Assembly (NCBI GenBank): GCA_028534125.1
Contig: CM052832.1
Coordinates: 7,442,001 to 7,506,000 of the forward strand
Reading direction: 5' to 3'
DNA length: 64,000 nucleotides
Source of the DNA: Lama glama
Taxonomy: Eukaryota
Shown: positions 1-14,079 of the stretch, piece by piece
How the letters are laid out: each line of letters opens with the position of its first letter
Position numbering within the stretch: position 1 is the first letter of the stretch
Position numbers and translations under genes: made by a program
The notes under the pieces: generated by a model
The model's database searches: none
What the model was told of the DNA's origin: nothing
The model's input: the letters and a program-made list of their open reading frames with translations, nothing else

Positions 1-267
1 TGTCTAGCGGGAAGTGCCTGTGTTCCCGTTGAAGGGCATTAGGTGGGAGAATTCTTTATTTGTGGGAGGATCAGCCTTTTGTTAAGGCCGCACTTGGTGG
101 CGTGAAGCCCACCCACATTATGGAGGGCCGTCTGCTTTTTACAGTCAACTAATTTAAATGTTAATCTCATCTAATAATACCCTCACAGAAACACCCAAAA
201 TGATGTTGAATTAAATATCTGGGCACTCCTTGGCACATTCAAATTGACACACAAAATTAACCATTGT
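1..267 (-). mobile_element. MLT2-type (ERVL) LTR, partial
   Basis: Ends aaattgacacacaaaattaaccatt, the reverse complement of the MLT2 5' terminus; internal cccacccacattatggaggg and aatgttaatctcatctaa motifs. Confidence 0.85.
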
Positions 268-1734
268 CTAGAAGAGAAGCAGAAAATAATAAAAGCAAAC
301 TCTGTTGACTTACTGATTTTACTTGAGGAGCAGCTGGAAGATGATTTAGTTGTAGAGGTTATGCCTGCATATGTGCTATTGCCATTGCGTTGCTGTTACT
401 TTGTGTTTTCAAATTGTCAAAGGCTTATTATGTGCTTTGAGAGTAAATATTTTGTTTTGCTTCATTTTTCTTCCCCATCCATTTTACTTCGATAAAGGAA
501 GAAAAAAAATTTTATTTTTGTTTTTTGGAATATGTTTCAAATTCCCACATAGTCTTCACTAAAGTACTTTGTAACTTAAATGTGTTTTTTAAAAAATTTG
601 TCTGGGAGGACAAAATGGTAAATTAAAGACTAGTTACCGTTGAGTTGCTTGGTGAAGTACCCAGTACCTGTGCCTTCGTACTTCTTGTATTTCCTGCCTT
701 TGTCTCTCGTTGTTCATGGCGTAAATCTGCCAGGTGGCTCTGGGTATCTTCTCTCTCTAGAAAACTGGTTGTGATCTGGGAATCCAACCGATGTCTGGTC
801 CATCTTTCCCTTACCTAATGTATAAGTTCCAAATCAGAAACACAAAATGGAAACTGAAAGCAAATATAAATATCCCTTTTCTTGGAATCAGTCTAAAACT
901 AGTAGAAAAACCTAGTAATTGAAATCCCATAAATTTTTTATATTAGCAGTATCCTGTTTTCTCTTAGGCATTTATATGTTTTTAAGGCTTAGATCTAGGT
1001 TGAGTTAAATAACAAATGTAAATCTAAAGGGACCAGCACACAAACTTCATAGGGTTAAGGAATTCATCAAATTAATTAACATTACAAATACTGAACTTCT
1101 GAAAGGAAAGCATGTTTTCTTAGGATATCTAATACAAATAATTTTTCATAACTATTTTAATTCTAGAAATTCTTCTATTATAAAGACATCATTGTGGTCC
1201 CCTTCAATCACTGAAGTGCCCTTTAGCGTAATTATAGTATGAACATATTTTTATGATGTAAGAACTTTGGCTTCTTGGATTAACTATATGGATAGAGAAT
1301 GTTGAACTGACCTTGGATGGCTCTACTCTTAATGGAAATTTTCTTTCACTGTTACCTTTTCACTTAATTAAATAGGCCTGGTGGTAGTGTAAGTGGAGAG
1401 TATTTTCAGTATTCTTTAATTTCATAAAGATCATTAATGAGATAAAAATTTGTAATTTTAATAAGCCTCTTATAACACATTAACTCATTATGCAGACTTA
1501 AAATTTTCTTATTTTTTTCCTATATTTGAGTAAACAAGTTATATATATTATGTAACATATATAATAGAGTCATAGTATATACTCAGTGGTGGCAGAAAAC
1601 TACTTAAAATAATTTAGCTGCCTCCAAATGACAATATTTTTCTGAAACAAAATTTATAGTTTTAATACACTCAACTCAAAGATGTCATTATTTTTGGGGC
1701 TTGATAGATCTGTTGTGAAATTGTAGCAGTAGTA

Positions 1735-1820
1735 TTTAGGACTATTGAGAGGATAAAATTAGTTAATACATGTAAAGGGCATGGTTCTTGGCACATTGTA
1801 AGTACTTAATAAATCTAGTA
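1735..1820 (+). mobile_element. MIR SINE 3' fragment
   Basis: gagaggataaaattagttaatacatgtaaag...ggcacattgtaagtacttaataaat resembles the MIR tail. Confidence 0.7.
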
Positions 1821-4800
1821 CCAGCTGTCGCTTATGTGAAGATTACATTGGTATATTGAAATTTTGTGAGGATGGTAGTATTTGGGTTAGTTTTTTCCCC
1901 TTAATGAATTTATGCTCCTTCTCCCACTGTGCTAAACAGTTTGCTTCGTGTTAGTCACCTGTTATGTAGAATAGGAATTTTTTAGTTGTATACATTAATT
2001 TTACTAATAAACCATCATAACCATGTGGAAAGAGGGAGAGAGGGAAGACTGTAGGTCAATGTGTCTTTTGGAAATGTGTCTGAAATGTGGGTAGAGTCAG
2101 GTTTTGATACATATTTAAAAGTAGGTTGAGAGTGAAATGTATTAAAATTTTATCTTTAAAGCAATTTGTGTGAAAAAAGTGGAATTTTATTAGGCATTCT
2201 TAATGAAAGACCTGAGACAAACTTTCGAGGTAGTTTCTGGGTTGAAAAAAAATGCTCGCTAACCACATACTCAGTGATGAGGAAGAGGAAGATAGAGGAA
2301 AAAAGAATGATGAATTCCACCCAGCTAATTTCTCTCCATATTTGAAATGAATAGAAATGTTTCTAAGTTTGAATTTTAATATTTTAGTGCATGAACTTAG
2401 TAGTGATCACAACTGGGATCAGTACTGATAATATGATAGAACAGCTGTCAGTTTGTTTTGGTGTTGAACCTGATTCTTGAAAATTAAGGTATATAAGAAA
2501 TTCCATAAAATATAGATTAATTAAGGGAGTTATTTTTGCCTAAATGTTCTTTTGGCCTTGGAGTAAAGGACATAAAAATCCTTCTTACAATGTAGATAAT
2601 TAAAAAGTGTTTAAAAATAAGCTAAACAGTTGGAAAGTTGTATATGTTCAAAAAGATACATAATTATGAGTCACTTTTTGCTATTTCCTCATTCAGAATT
2701 TACTGAATGTTAATAACAGACATTATCATGAATGAATTTTGTTGCCTTTATTGGTACTCTGTAAAATCTGGTATAGTTTTAATTAACTCCTATATCCCTC
2801 TTGTCCTTTTGTGAAATGATAACATAGAGCGATTTAAATTTTTTGAGATTGATTGGTGCTAAGATGCTATATAGTGTGAAGTGTCAGTACTTTTTTTTTT
2901 TTTTAACAGTAAACTTTGTATGTGGGTGGTGGCAGAACCACACAGGGAGAAACATTTTTTTCACCATGTCATAGTTTGTTCTGCTCAAACCATGAAATAC
3001 TGTAGATTCTTTAATAATCCCATTGAGAGAATTTCATGCTATTTAGAGGGAGTACTTGTGTATAGGTAACAACAACGTCTTTAATTAGACTATGCAATGG
3101 GAACAGGAAAGCTTCAGAAATAGTGGATGGTAAGAATGATGTTGATTAATTTTAAGATGACATTTATATTATATGACTATGTATTATGTTTAACTTTGAA
3201 TCTTATAGATGAATTCTAACTGAAAAGATGTAATCTTTGCTTCTTTGTGGAATTTGACTCAAAATTTGTTTTTGGTAGAAATTCAGTTATGCATCCTAAA
3301 TTTAGTAGGTATTATATATATATTTCAACTCATGTTTAGGCATATTTTATTTTGATTTTTTCATGTAATTTAATCCTAATAAATGTTTATATCATATTTA
3401 TAAGATTCTAACTTATAATTTGACATTAAAGTTATAGTAATGTTTTCAATTAAGAAATTTAAAATAAACTTGGAATTTTGAGTTTCATAGTAAGTTCTTA
3501 AATAAAATTCTAAATTTGATTATATTAATATGTTTGTGCAATAAGTATAGTCAGTACATTCTTAAAATATTTGCTAATTTGAAACTTTATTGATTCAGAA
3601 TTTCCTGGAATTTGATAGAGCATGTAATTTAGCTTTAATTTATTTGTTACATGAGGGCAAGATAACTTGAAGAGATACGATGTCAAGTTAAGAAGTTTAA
3701 TTTATAAACTATTGCATACAAATTATAGGAGCTTTTTAAGACATGGTTTATCTAATTAAGAAAAGTACTATAAATAGCTAGTGTTCTAATTTACAATGCT
3801 AGTATTCTGATTAGAACTGCTAGTCATGTATTAATGTAATGAATCACACCCTATTAGGGTTTTATGATAGTACATTGTATCATTTCTGGTTCTTTTTTCG
3901 TTTTTTAAATTAAATGTTTTATTTTGAGATTCAAAGTAGATTTGAATTTAGTTGTAAAAAAATAATACAGTGTTGCTGTTTATACTTTACGCAGTTTCTC
4001 TCAGTGGCTACATCTTGCAAAACTAGTATACTGTCAGAATCCAAATAATGATATTGATAAAATCCACTGATCTTGTTCAGATTTCTGCAGTTTTACTTGT
4101 ACTCGTTTATGTGTGTGTGTGATTGCATGTAGTTCTCTTGTGTGTGCATTTTCATTACACATACTTCCGTATATCTGTTACTGTAGTCAAGACATAGAAC
4201 AGTTCCATCACCACAGGATTCCTTTTATTGCCTTCTTACAACCACCTCACATGTCTGCCATCCCTGTCTTTATCTCCTGGCAACCATGAATCTGTTATTT
4301 CTGTAATTTTACCACTTTAAGAAAGTTAAGTGGATTTCTAAGTATGGAATCTGGTATTAGCTTTTTCATGCAGCGTAATTCCATGGAGAGTCATTCAAGT
4401 TGTCACGTGTATCTGTAATTCATAGCTGCCTTAATGCTGAGTAGTATTCCATGGGGTGGCTATACCACAGTTTGTTTAATATTCATCCATTGAAGGATAT
4501 CTGTGTTTTTTGTTTGTTTTTACAGTTTTTGACTGTTACAAATAAAGTTTCTGTGAACATTTTTGTACAAGATTCTGTATGACTGTGAGTTCTAATTTCT
4601 CTGGAATAATGCCCAAAAGCATAATTGCTAGGTCATATGATAACTGTATATTTAGTTTTTTTGAGAAACTTGCTAAGCCATTTTCCAGAGTATCTGCACT
4701 ATTTTGCATTACCATCAACAATGTATGAGTGACCTATTTTCTCTGCATCCTCGTCAGCCTTTGGTATTGCCACCATTTTTAATTTTAGCGATTCTGATAG

Positions 4801-5169
4801 GCGTTTCGTGGTAATCGTGGGGTTTTCATTTGTATTTTCCTAATGGCTAATGTGTTGAACATCTCTTTGTGTGCTGATTTGACATCTGTGTGTCCTCTTC
4901 TGTGAAGTGTCCACCGATCCCTTTTGCTGTTTTCTAATTGTGTATTTGTGGTTTTACTGTTGAGCTTTGAGAGTGCTTTTTAGATGTACATGCTAGTCCT
5001 TTGTCTGATATATGGTTCACAAATATTTTTCTCTCTTTTTTTGTTGCTTGTCTTTTCATGTTTTATAAAGCTAAAGGCTTAACTTTTATGAGGTCCATTT
5101 TGTAGCGTTTCCTTTTGTAGATCATGCTTTTGGTATCGAGCCTAGCCCTACATCCCGAAGATTTTCTAT

Positions 5170-5288
5170 GGAGAGGATGTAGCTCAGTTAGGTAGAACGT
5201 GCTTAGTATGCATGAGGGTTCAATCCCCAGTCTTTCCATTAAAAAAAAAACAAAAAACTAACAATAAAATAAATAGACCTGATGACCA
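5170..5288 (+). mobile_element. Camelid tRNA-derived SINE (Vic-1-like) nested in L1
   Basis: A-box tagctcagttaggtaga, B-box ggttcaatccc, A-rich tail; 12-bp TSD aagattttctat at 5158-5169 and 5289-5300. Confidence 0.9.
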
Positions 5289-6691
5289 AAGATTTTCTAT
5301 TTTTTCTTTGCTAAAATTTTGATGTTTTACATTTAGTACTGTGATCCATTTTGAGTTTATTTTTGTATAAGGTGTGAAGTTTAGCTTGAAGTATTTTTTT
5401 TGCCTATTATGTCCAAGCTCTCCCTCACCATTTGTTGAAAAAGCTATACTTTCTCCATTGTATTGGTTTGTGTTTGTAAATCAGGAGGCCATATTGTGTT
5501 CTCCACGTTCTCTATTTCATTCCATTTCATTGATCTCTGTGTCTGTCCATGCACCAGTACCATAGTATCTTGATTACTTTAGCTAAATTTAGTCTTTATG
5601 TCATGTACAGTGAGTCTTCCCGCAACTTTATTCTTCTTTGTTGAAGATGGTTTTATCTATTGTAGTGCTCCAATACAGAATAAGAGTCCCAGATCTAAGT
5701 CCCTTGCTTAGATTTTGATAGGTACTGTATCAAACATGTAGTTTTGGAATAATTGGCATTTTTTTTATATTGAGCCTTTTGGTTCATGAACACGGTATGT
5801 CTCTCTATTTATTTGGGTCTTCCTTTGTTTCATTTCATCAACATTTTATACTTTTCAATATATGGCTCCTGTTCATGTTTTGTTACACTTATGTCTAAGT
5901 ATTTCATTTTCTTTGGAGTAACTATAATTTATTTGGAGTATTTTAGTTTTTTTCCACATGTTCATTTTTAGTGGTTAGAAATACCTTGATATTTGTTGAT
6001 CTTGTATTCTCTAACCTACCTGAACTCATTTACTAGTACTAGGAGGTTTTTGGGTAGCCTGCTTAAGAATTTTCTTTATTGAAAATAATATTGTCTACAA
6101 ACAGGGACATTTATTTCTTCCTTTTCATACGATGTGCCTTTTGTTTCTTTTTCTTGCTTTATTGCAGTATCTAGAACTTCCAGTAATGTGTTGAATAAGA
6201 GTGATGAAATGGTTGTCTTTGCCTTGTTTAAAAACTTAGGGATAAAGAATTTAGTTTTCTGTCACTAGGTACAATGTTAGCTCTAAGTTTTATGCAGATA
6301 CTCTTCTATCGTGTTAAGGAAGCTTCCCTCTCTTCCTAACTTGCTGAGAATTTTTAATCATGAATTGATGTTGGATTTTGTCAGTTTTTTTTTTTCTGCC
6401 TCAATTGACATGATCATATTATTTTCCTTCATAGCCTGTTAGTATGATGGACCATATTGATTTTTTAAAATGTTGAACCAGCCTTGCATATGTGGAATAA
6501 ACCCTGGTTGATCATGGTTTATAATTCGTTATATATGTAGTTGGGTTTGATTTACTAATGTTTTGTTGAGGTTTTTTAAAAAAATATAGCATCTACATTC
6601 ATGAGAGAAAATTACCTGTAGTTAATTTGTATAATATATATCTAGTTTTAGTATCAGGATAGTATTAGTCTTGTAAAATGAGAATCGTTTT

Positions 6692-6856
6692 TTTTTTAAC
6701 ATTTTTTATTGATTTATAATCATTTTACAATGTTGTGTCAAATTCCAGTGTTCAGCACAATTTTTCAGTCATTCATGGACATATACACACTCATTGTCAC
6801 ATTTTTTTCTGTGTGATTTATCATAACATTTTGTGTATATTTCCCTGTGCTATACA
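6692..6856 (-). mobile_element. Young, severely 5'-truncated L1 (3'UTR end plus polyA) nested in the older L1
   Basis: poly(T), tttatt signal, ...ttccctgtgctatacag; perfect 12-bp TSD gagaatcgtttt at 6680-6691 and 6857-6868. Confidence 0.88.
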
Positions 6857-9800
6857 GAGAATCGTTTTCTCTCCTCTTTTTCTTGAACAGATTGTGAAAA
6901 TGTGTGTTATTTCTTTTTCACATGATTGCTTGAATTCTCCACTGGAACCATTTAGGCCTGGTGACTTGGGGAGAGGGGAGAGGCAGCTTTTAAGTTATGA
7001 ATTAAATTTTTTTAGCTGTTATAGGACAATTCATATTATCTATCTTGGTTATGTTTTGGTAGTGTTTGATTTTTAAGGACTTAGTCTCTTCTAAACTGTC
7101 AAATTTATAAACATAAAGTTGTTAGTAGTAGTCCCTTATCCTTTTAATGGCTGTATGCTCTATACTGATGTTCTCCTTTTCATTCCAGGTATTAGTGATC
7201 TGTCTTTTATCTGTTTGTCTGTCCTCCCAGAGGTTTATCAGTTTCATGCATTTTTCCCTAAAAACCAGCTTTTTGTTCTATTAATTTTTTCTGTTTTCTT
7301 ATTTCCAATTTTATGTGTTGTCTTTATTTTTCTCTTCCTTTTGCCTGCTTTGGGTTTATTTCCTCCTCTCTTTTCTAGTTTTTTGAGGTAAGAACTTAAA
7401 TCATTCATTTGAGATCATTCTTCTTTTCTAATAATAGCATGTATTGCTATCAGTTTCTTTCTCTGCACTGCTTTTAGCCACATCAAACAAAAATAGATGT
7501 GTTTGTGTTTGTTGTTTCGGTTTTATATATTCAAAAATTTTCATTGTGACTTCCTCTTTGACCCATGGATTATTTAGAAGTATGCTGTTTAATTTCCAAG
7601 TGTTTATAGAGATTTCTCATTGTCTTTCTGTTATTGAATGCCGCTTTGATTCCATCATGTTTAGATAACATGCTTTGTATGATTTCAGTTCTTTTAAATA
7701 TGTGGAGATTTGCTTTATATCCTAGGATATAGTCTGTCTTGAATATTCCCCAGGCACTGTTGTTGGGTGGAGTATTGTTTGTTTCAGTTTGGTCCTGTTG
7801 GTTGTGGTGTTCAAATTTTTGATATCCTTGATAATTTTCTGACAAATACATCTATCATTTGCTGAGAAGGAATTATTGAGTCCCAGTTATAATTGTGGAT
7901 TTGTCTGTTTTTTTTTTTCAGCACTATTTTTGCTTTATATATTCTGAGACTCTTGTTTATGGATGTATGAAATTTTGCAGGATTGTTATGTCTTCCTTGT
8001 GAATTGATCCTCTTATCACTATGTGATCTCTGCCTTTGCCTCTTGTAGTTTTCTTTGCTCTGGAATCTACTTTCTCTGATATTAATATAGCCACTCCTGC
8101 TTTTTGTTGATTAGTATTTACATGTTATGTCTTTTTTCAAGCTTTTGCTTTTAAAATATTACTTTCATGTTTTTCAGCCACTCTGCCAAACTGCTATTTC
8201 AATTGAATTGTAACCATTTTCATTTAGGTTAATTATTAATGTGTGATAGTTTGTCTTTGATTTTATTTTTTTGTTGTTTACTATTTTCTTTTTTCTCATT
8301 TCTCCTTTTCTCTTTTCTTGCTTTCCTGCATGTTCTTGAACATTTTTGGGGATTCCACCTTGAGTTTTTATTAGCATTTTTGAGCATATTTTGTATAATT
8401 TTCATACTGGTTGCTCTCAGTATTACAATATACATACATATATGAGCTATCTTAATATACTGGTAGCAAACTTTTTTTTTTTTTCTTCAAGTGATGTGTA
8501 GCAGCCTTATTTCTATTTAGGTCCCTTTACTTTCCTCTCTTAAATATCATCTTAGTATCAGATGGTGTTGTTACAGGTTTTGTCGTAATTATCAGATATG
8601 ATTTATAAAACTTGGAGTGATTGGCTATTGAATGTACCCATATTCCTGCTTTTTAAAATTTTTTCCTTACTTGTGCTCTGAGATTCCTTCTTTTTCATTT
8701 CTTTTATTTTTGAGAAACTTTCTTTAGCTGGTCTTCAAGGACAAATTTCTTCATTTATTGTTTGTAAATTTAAGATTTACAATTTGAGAATAAGTTTTCA
8801 AAGTAGATGTAAATGGGCTATATACTAGAGACATTATATGTTTTGGTAGTATAAGGAACATTAAAACATTTTGTTATATAAATGAGATATTTTGTACTTG
8901 GTGAAAATGAACAAAATATTTTTGGGTTGTAGTAAAATCCCATGAGAACATGTCTAATTACACAGTCCTAACTTTGAAATAGTGACAGTAAGACCGAGTA
9001 AGAGCTTTTTCCATACTTTTTCTTCTCCATTAAGGAAAGATCAAAGTGTTGTAATTAGTATGTTCATCTGTGCTGATTTTTACACTAATAATAGTATCTT
9101 ATTAATAATACACATATTTTATGCTTAATCTATAACGTTCCCCACCAGTTCATATTATGAGTGAAAGAGAGTAGTATTTTCAAGTTGAGATGTCAAAACA
9201 TAATGTAATTTTTAATAAAGGTCTTACTTGTTTTGGGGCTTCTTAGATTAACTGGAGTTCCATTTATTTAACAGTATATATAAGTTGGCTGTTAACTTTG
9301 TAAGTAATTACATATGAATTTTGGTACCTTGAAGTAAGTTATGATTATATAAACTGTTGATAATTTTCTTTTATGTGAAAGCATTTGACTTCTCTTCAAT
9401 TTTATAAACAGATACTATTTGACTATACTTAATGGTCTCACAAATGTGTTTTTCCTGCATATTCACAGTGTCTGGAGTGAGATAACATTCTCTATTTCAG
9501 AATAGTCTATTCTTTATGATAAAAACTTATGTATTTTTACTGTTGTAAATTAATGTTTCACTAGACAAAAGTTTCTGTATTTCTTTCAGATGATGCTGAT
9601 TTCCTTTCACTAGCTTTTTTGTGTCAGTTTTTTGATTGCTATTCATCAAATGACTCTCTCAGTTGGCATAATTTATACTTTTCTTCATTTTTATATCATT
9701 TTTCCTGTTATTTTCACTCCTCTGTAACTACGTGGACTGGGAATGTGTGTGGTCAGATATTTAAATTTTTTTCCTAAGGTGTTGTAGAAAACCCGTTTCT

Positions 9801-10399
9801 TTCTTCCGAGCTCTCATGTGCTTGGGTGGTCACTGCATGGTTTGATACTGTAGCTGTGAGCTGTGCTTGCTCATTTATACATTGCTTTATTGTTTAAAAT
9901 CTCTTCCTGCAGTTAATTGCTTTCAGTCTGTTAACTTTTTTTTTTTTCCAGTTTCACAATCTCAAAAGTCTTTTGAATGCTGTTGTATTGGCATAGTTGT
10001 TTACATTATTGACATGGATTTTTTTTACCTCTGAGTGGTGAATTTTGTAAATTTAAATAAATTTTAGAGACTTTGAAATAAGTCTTCTTTAGTACCAACT
10101 TTCAGTGTTCTCCATAGTATATTTATTTCTGTATGAGAATTTAAGAGATCTTAAGGTTAAAATGATAGTGATTTTGTACTAAAGACTATTATCTTAATTC
10201 TCAGTTTGGAGTAATTTTTGTGTAACTTAGACTAGTGACCCAGGAAGATTATCTGCTTAAAGAATCTAGGATGATTTTTTTTCTTTTAATCTTTTTTATA
10301 TTACACACATATTCAATAAGAGTTTAAAATTATCTTTATAATCAGAAAGATGAATAAAACTTTTTATTTTGGAAATAAAGATATAAAACCTTTTTATAC

Positions 10400-10995
10400 T
10401 TTGCGATAGGTTGTGGGCATCTTTCCACGTTATTACTCAGAAGTCTCCTTTGTTATTTTTATATATGCATAGTTCTGTTATTTATTCTCTGCAGTCTCTA
10501 TCGGACATTTGGATTGTTTCCAGCTTTTAAATAATTAGCCAACACTTGATGGACATCTTTGTTTCTAATAATTTCTTCGATTTATTGTCATAGGATATAT
10601 ACCTAGAAGCGTAACTACTGTTTCAACAGGGTTGATCATTTAAAGTTGTGATTAATGTTGTCAAATTGCTTTATAAATGTATTGGTTTATACTCTTATTA
10701 AAACAATGGCTCTGGAAACTTGTTTCTCTAACAACTTTACCAACACTAGTGTTTATCTGTCTTATTATTACTAATATAGGATAATAGCTTACTTAATTTT
10801 ACAATTTTCTTAGTAAACTTAAATATGTTTTCAAAGGTTTGGGCTACTTATTTTGCTCTTCTGTGAATTACATACAGTTCATACCTCTTTTGAGGCATTG
10901 ATGTTTTTCATCTTAAATCTAAATGGCTTTTTGTATATTACAGGTAGTAACCTGTTTTGTAATGCATGTCTATTGTATTCTTCGTCTAGCAGTTT
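10400..10995 (-). mobile_element. Ancient L1 (L1ME-like) fragment
   Basis: ggacatttggattgtttccagc, taggatatatacctagaag and tgtcaaattgcttt are typical antisense L1 3' motifs. Confidence 0.65.
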
Positions 10996-11264
10996 GCTTT
11001 AGATCGTGTTGAGCACCAGAATGCTTGTAGTGAGGGGTCCTGTTTGAAAAATGACAATTTCTTTAGACACGTTGTGTGGTGAGATGCTCAGGCTAAATGA
11101 GACTAGGTCTAAGCATGTATTGACAGACATAGACCTATTGAGTTGTGTGGCAAATAGAATTGTGTTCTCTTTCTGACTCTTCCATTTTGCAATATTCGAG
11201 GAGAATGGCACTTGTATGGCTAAACTGTTGTGTGTGTGTACTTTTTAAATTCTTTTTGTCTCCA

Positions 11265-11865
11265 GTTTTTTTTTTGTGTGACAAGAAACACATAGCATAA
11301 AATTTCACCTTAATCATCTTTAAATGTGCAGTTCAATGTTACTAAATACATTCAGAATGCTGTGTAACTGTTGTCACCATCCATCTTTGTAACTCTTTTC
11401 ATCTTGTAAAACTGAAACTCTATACCCATTAAACAGTAATTCCCAAACCCTCCCTCCCCCAGCACGTGGCAACCACTGTTCTACTTTCTGTCTCTATGAT
11501 TTTTTGACTCACTCCTGTGAGTACTTTATGTAAGTGAAGTCACGCAGTCTTTTTGTGACCAACTTAACCTAGCATAATGGCCTCAGCATTCAACTGTGTT
11601 GTAGCAGGTGTCAGAATTTCCTTCCTCTTTAAGGCTGAATGATACTCCATTGTTATTCTACATTTCACTTATCCATTCATCTTTAAATGGAAGCTTGAGT
11701 TGCTCCCACGATTTGTCTATCATGAATGACTCAGCTATGAACACGAGTGTACAGTTATCTCTTCGAGGCTCTGCTTCCAGTCATTTTGAGTATATATACA
11801 GAAGTGAAATTGCATAATTCTATTTTAAATCTTTTGAGGAACTGGCATACTGTTTTCCATAGCAC
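11265..11865 (-). mobile_element. L1MB-like 3' end
   Basis: catagcataaaattt...aactgaaactctatacccattaaaca...ggcaaccactgttctactttctgtctctatg. Confidence 0.85.
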
Positions 11866-11899
11866 TGTCCCACAGAGGGTTTAGAATCTACAAAAGGGA

Positions 11900-12054
11900 G
11901 CTCAAGCCTCTGGAAGAAATGCAGGCCTGTTGACAATTTGACTTCAGCCCGTTGAAACCCATTTCAAACTTCTGAGCACTAGAGCTATAAGATAATACAT
12001 TTGTGTTGTTTTAAGCCTCCCAGTTTGTTTCAGCAGCAATAGGAAAATAATATA
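11900..12054 (+). mobile_element. MLT1 (ERVL-MaLR) LTR 3' part
   Basis: agataatacatttgtgttgttttaagcc...cagcagcaataggaaaataatata matches the MLT1 terminus. Confidence 0.85.
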
Positions 12055-12821
12055 GCCATTAAGCCAATGTTAGCAATCACCTGTCTCTAGACTTCTCATT
12101 ATATGGAAGCAAACCAACCAAAATGCTTATGTAGTTAACTCTCCCTTGTTGGGTCTCAGTTATAAACAATCATGTGCAGTTTTAGCGGATAAGAAAAATT
12201 TCTCCATTTATCTCATCTCTGGAACCATTGATATCAGGTCAAGATTATCTGTTTGTAGATGGTTTTATTTAACTCACATGTAAAATTGTGTATTTTTTGG
12301 ACAGTCCTGTTATGTGTGTGTCTGTATGTTTGTGTCTTTATAGAGGAGTAAGAGTTTTGTTCTGTTTTTTAACTGCAGATTGAATTTCTTTAATAGCTGT
12401 GGGTCTACTTAGGTTTACTATTTCTTTTTATTCATTTTATTAAATTACAGTTTTCTAGGAAACTCTTCAGTTCATCTTGTTTTCAAATATATCTTACTAA
12501 AAGTATTTATAGTATTTTCTCTGTGTGTGGTAATGGTGCCCTTTTCATTGCTAATATTGTGTCTTCCTTTTCCTGACTCAGTCCTGTGTATACTATTTTA
12601 AAAGAAGTAGCTTTTAGTTTTGATGATACTGTTTTTCCATTGTTTTCTGTTTTCTTGTTTTTGCCCTCATAACTATTCCTTTCCTTTGCCTTTCTTTGGA
12701 CTCACTCTCCACCTCTGCAACATCTTGAGTTAAACACCGAACACCGATATTTTATCTTCTAAAGTATACTCCTCCTCCCCACCCCGCCTTTCTTGGCTTT
12801 AGCTTATCCCACATGTTTTGG

Positions 12822-13033
12822 TATGATTCTGACTTCAGTTTCAGTGTGTGTGTGTGTCTCCACACCACCAAGCCAGATCCTACAGTTTAATAGTTCAGTC
12901 CTATAAGACTCCCCCTCCCCCTCCCCGCCCCAGCTTCACATGTCAGCTGCAAGTCCAGGTTGTTACCCGTGCTTCTGGCTAACCAGCTATATATGGTTTC
13001 ATCGATCCCCTCTTTGGATTCGATTAATTTGCT
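12822..13033 (-). mobile_element. MER21-like LTR, truncated by assembly gap
   Basis: cagatcctacag...tcagtcctataagact...gcaagtccaggttgttacccgtgcttctggctaaccagctata...ttcgattaatttgct. Confidence 0.7.
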
Positions 13034-13533
13034 NNNNNNNNNNNNNNNNNNNNNNNNNNNNNNNNNNNNNNNNNNNNNNNNNNNNNNNNNNNNNNNNNNN
13101 NNNNNNNNNNNNNNNNNNNNNNNNNNNNNNNNNNNNNNNNNNNNNNNNNNNNNNNNNNNNNNNNNNNNNNNNNNNNNNNNNNNNNNNNNNNNNNNNNNNN
13201 NNNNNNNNNNNNNNNNNNNNNNNNNNNNNNNNNNNNNNNNNNNNNNNNNNNNNNNNNNNNNNNNNNNNNNNNNNNNNNNNNNNNNNNNNNNNNNNNNNNN
13301 NNNNNNNNNNNNNNNNNNNNNNNNNNNNNNNNNNNNNNNNNNNNNNNNNNNNNNNNNNNNNNNNNNNNNNNNNNNNNNNNNNNNNNNNNNNNNNNNNNNN
13401 NNNNNNNNNNNNNNNNNNNNNNNNNNNNNNNNNNNNNNNNNNNNNNNNNNNNNNNNNNNNNNNNNNNNNNNNNNNNNNNNNNNNNNNNNNNNNNNNNNNN
13501 NNNNNNNNNNNNNNNNNNNNNNNNNNNNNNNNN
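13034..13533. other. Assembly gap (500 N)
   Basis: N run. Confidence 1.
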
Positions 13534-13724
13534 TGGTGCATCAGCTTTCAGTGTCAGCCAATTCTAAATATTTTCTAATATTTACTGTGATTTCTTCTTT
13601 GAGACATTTATTTGACTTGTATTTTTAAATTTCCCAACATTTGAGAGTTTGGGTTACATTTTTATTTGTTTCAAATTTAATTAATTGCATTTTGAGAATA
13701 AGGTGATTATGTTATCCTCTTACA

Positions 13725-13860
13725 TCTATGACCTTGTCAAATTACCTAACTTCCCTGAACTTTACTGTCTCCTCTCATGAAATAAGATAACAGTTATTCC
13801 CTTTTGGGTTTTGAAGTCTTGTGAAGTTATAATTCTGTGTATAGTTGATTAATGTATAAA
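13725..13860 (+). mobile_element. MIR fragment
   Basis: tgaccttgtcaaattacctaacttccctgaac resembles the MIR core. Confidence 0.6.
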
Positions 13861-14079
13861 TGGATATGTGTAGTTATGTTCCTCTTTTCATTTTTAATGT
13901 TGTGTATTAAGGCTTTTTAGTATTATGATTAAATGGAATAATATATGGGAAGCAAGAATTTCATTCCGATTTTTATTTTTCAAATATTAATTAAAATCCT
14001 CTGGTAGTCTATGGGAATGAAACATGGTCCTTCTCTTGAGAAGCTCTTCATTAAGTAGGTAAGATGAGCTAAAAACAGT

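Larger units (their letters stand above)
3905..8760 (-). mobile_element. Old LINE-1 (L1MC/L1MD-like): 3'UTR, ORF2 and inter-ORF region, with nested insertions
   Basis: L1MC-type 3' end (gttgtaaaaaaataatacag...catcttgcaaaactagta); ORF2 remnants in the ORF track (DYILGYKANLHIFKRTEIIQSMLSKHDGIK; LNIQLSYDLAIMLLGI). Confidence 0.88.
12300..13710 (-). mobile_element. Degraded L1 ORF2 fragments, interrupted by an LTR and a gap
   Basis: T-rich antisense ORF2-like motifs (aaagaagtagcttttagttttg; gtgatttcttctttga). Confidence 0.5.

Noticed and set aside
2252..2350. Small ORF MLANHILSDEEEEDRGKKNDEFHPANFSPYLK
   Set aside because: Purine-rich low-complexity sequence; no promoter, splice or homology support
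3768..3777. Perfect MEF2 site CTATAAATAG
   Set aside because: Isolated 10-mer in AT-rich DNA, expected by chance
9590..9780. Acceptor ttctttcag followed by an open frame
   Set aside because: T-rich, non-protein-like composition and weak donor
12940..13628. 180-222 aa ORFs here and at 28881-29645 and 56808-57432
   Set aside because: Artefacts of translating through N gaps
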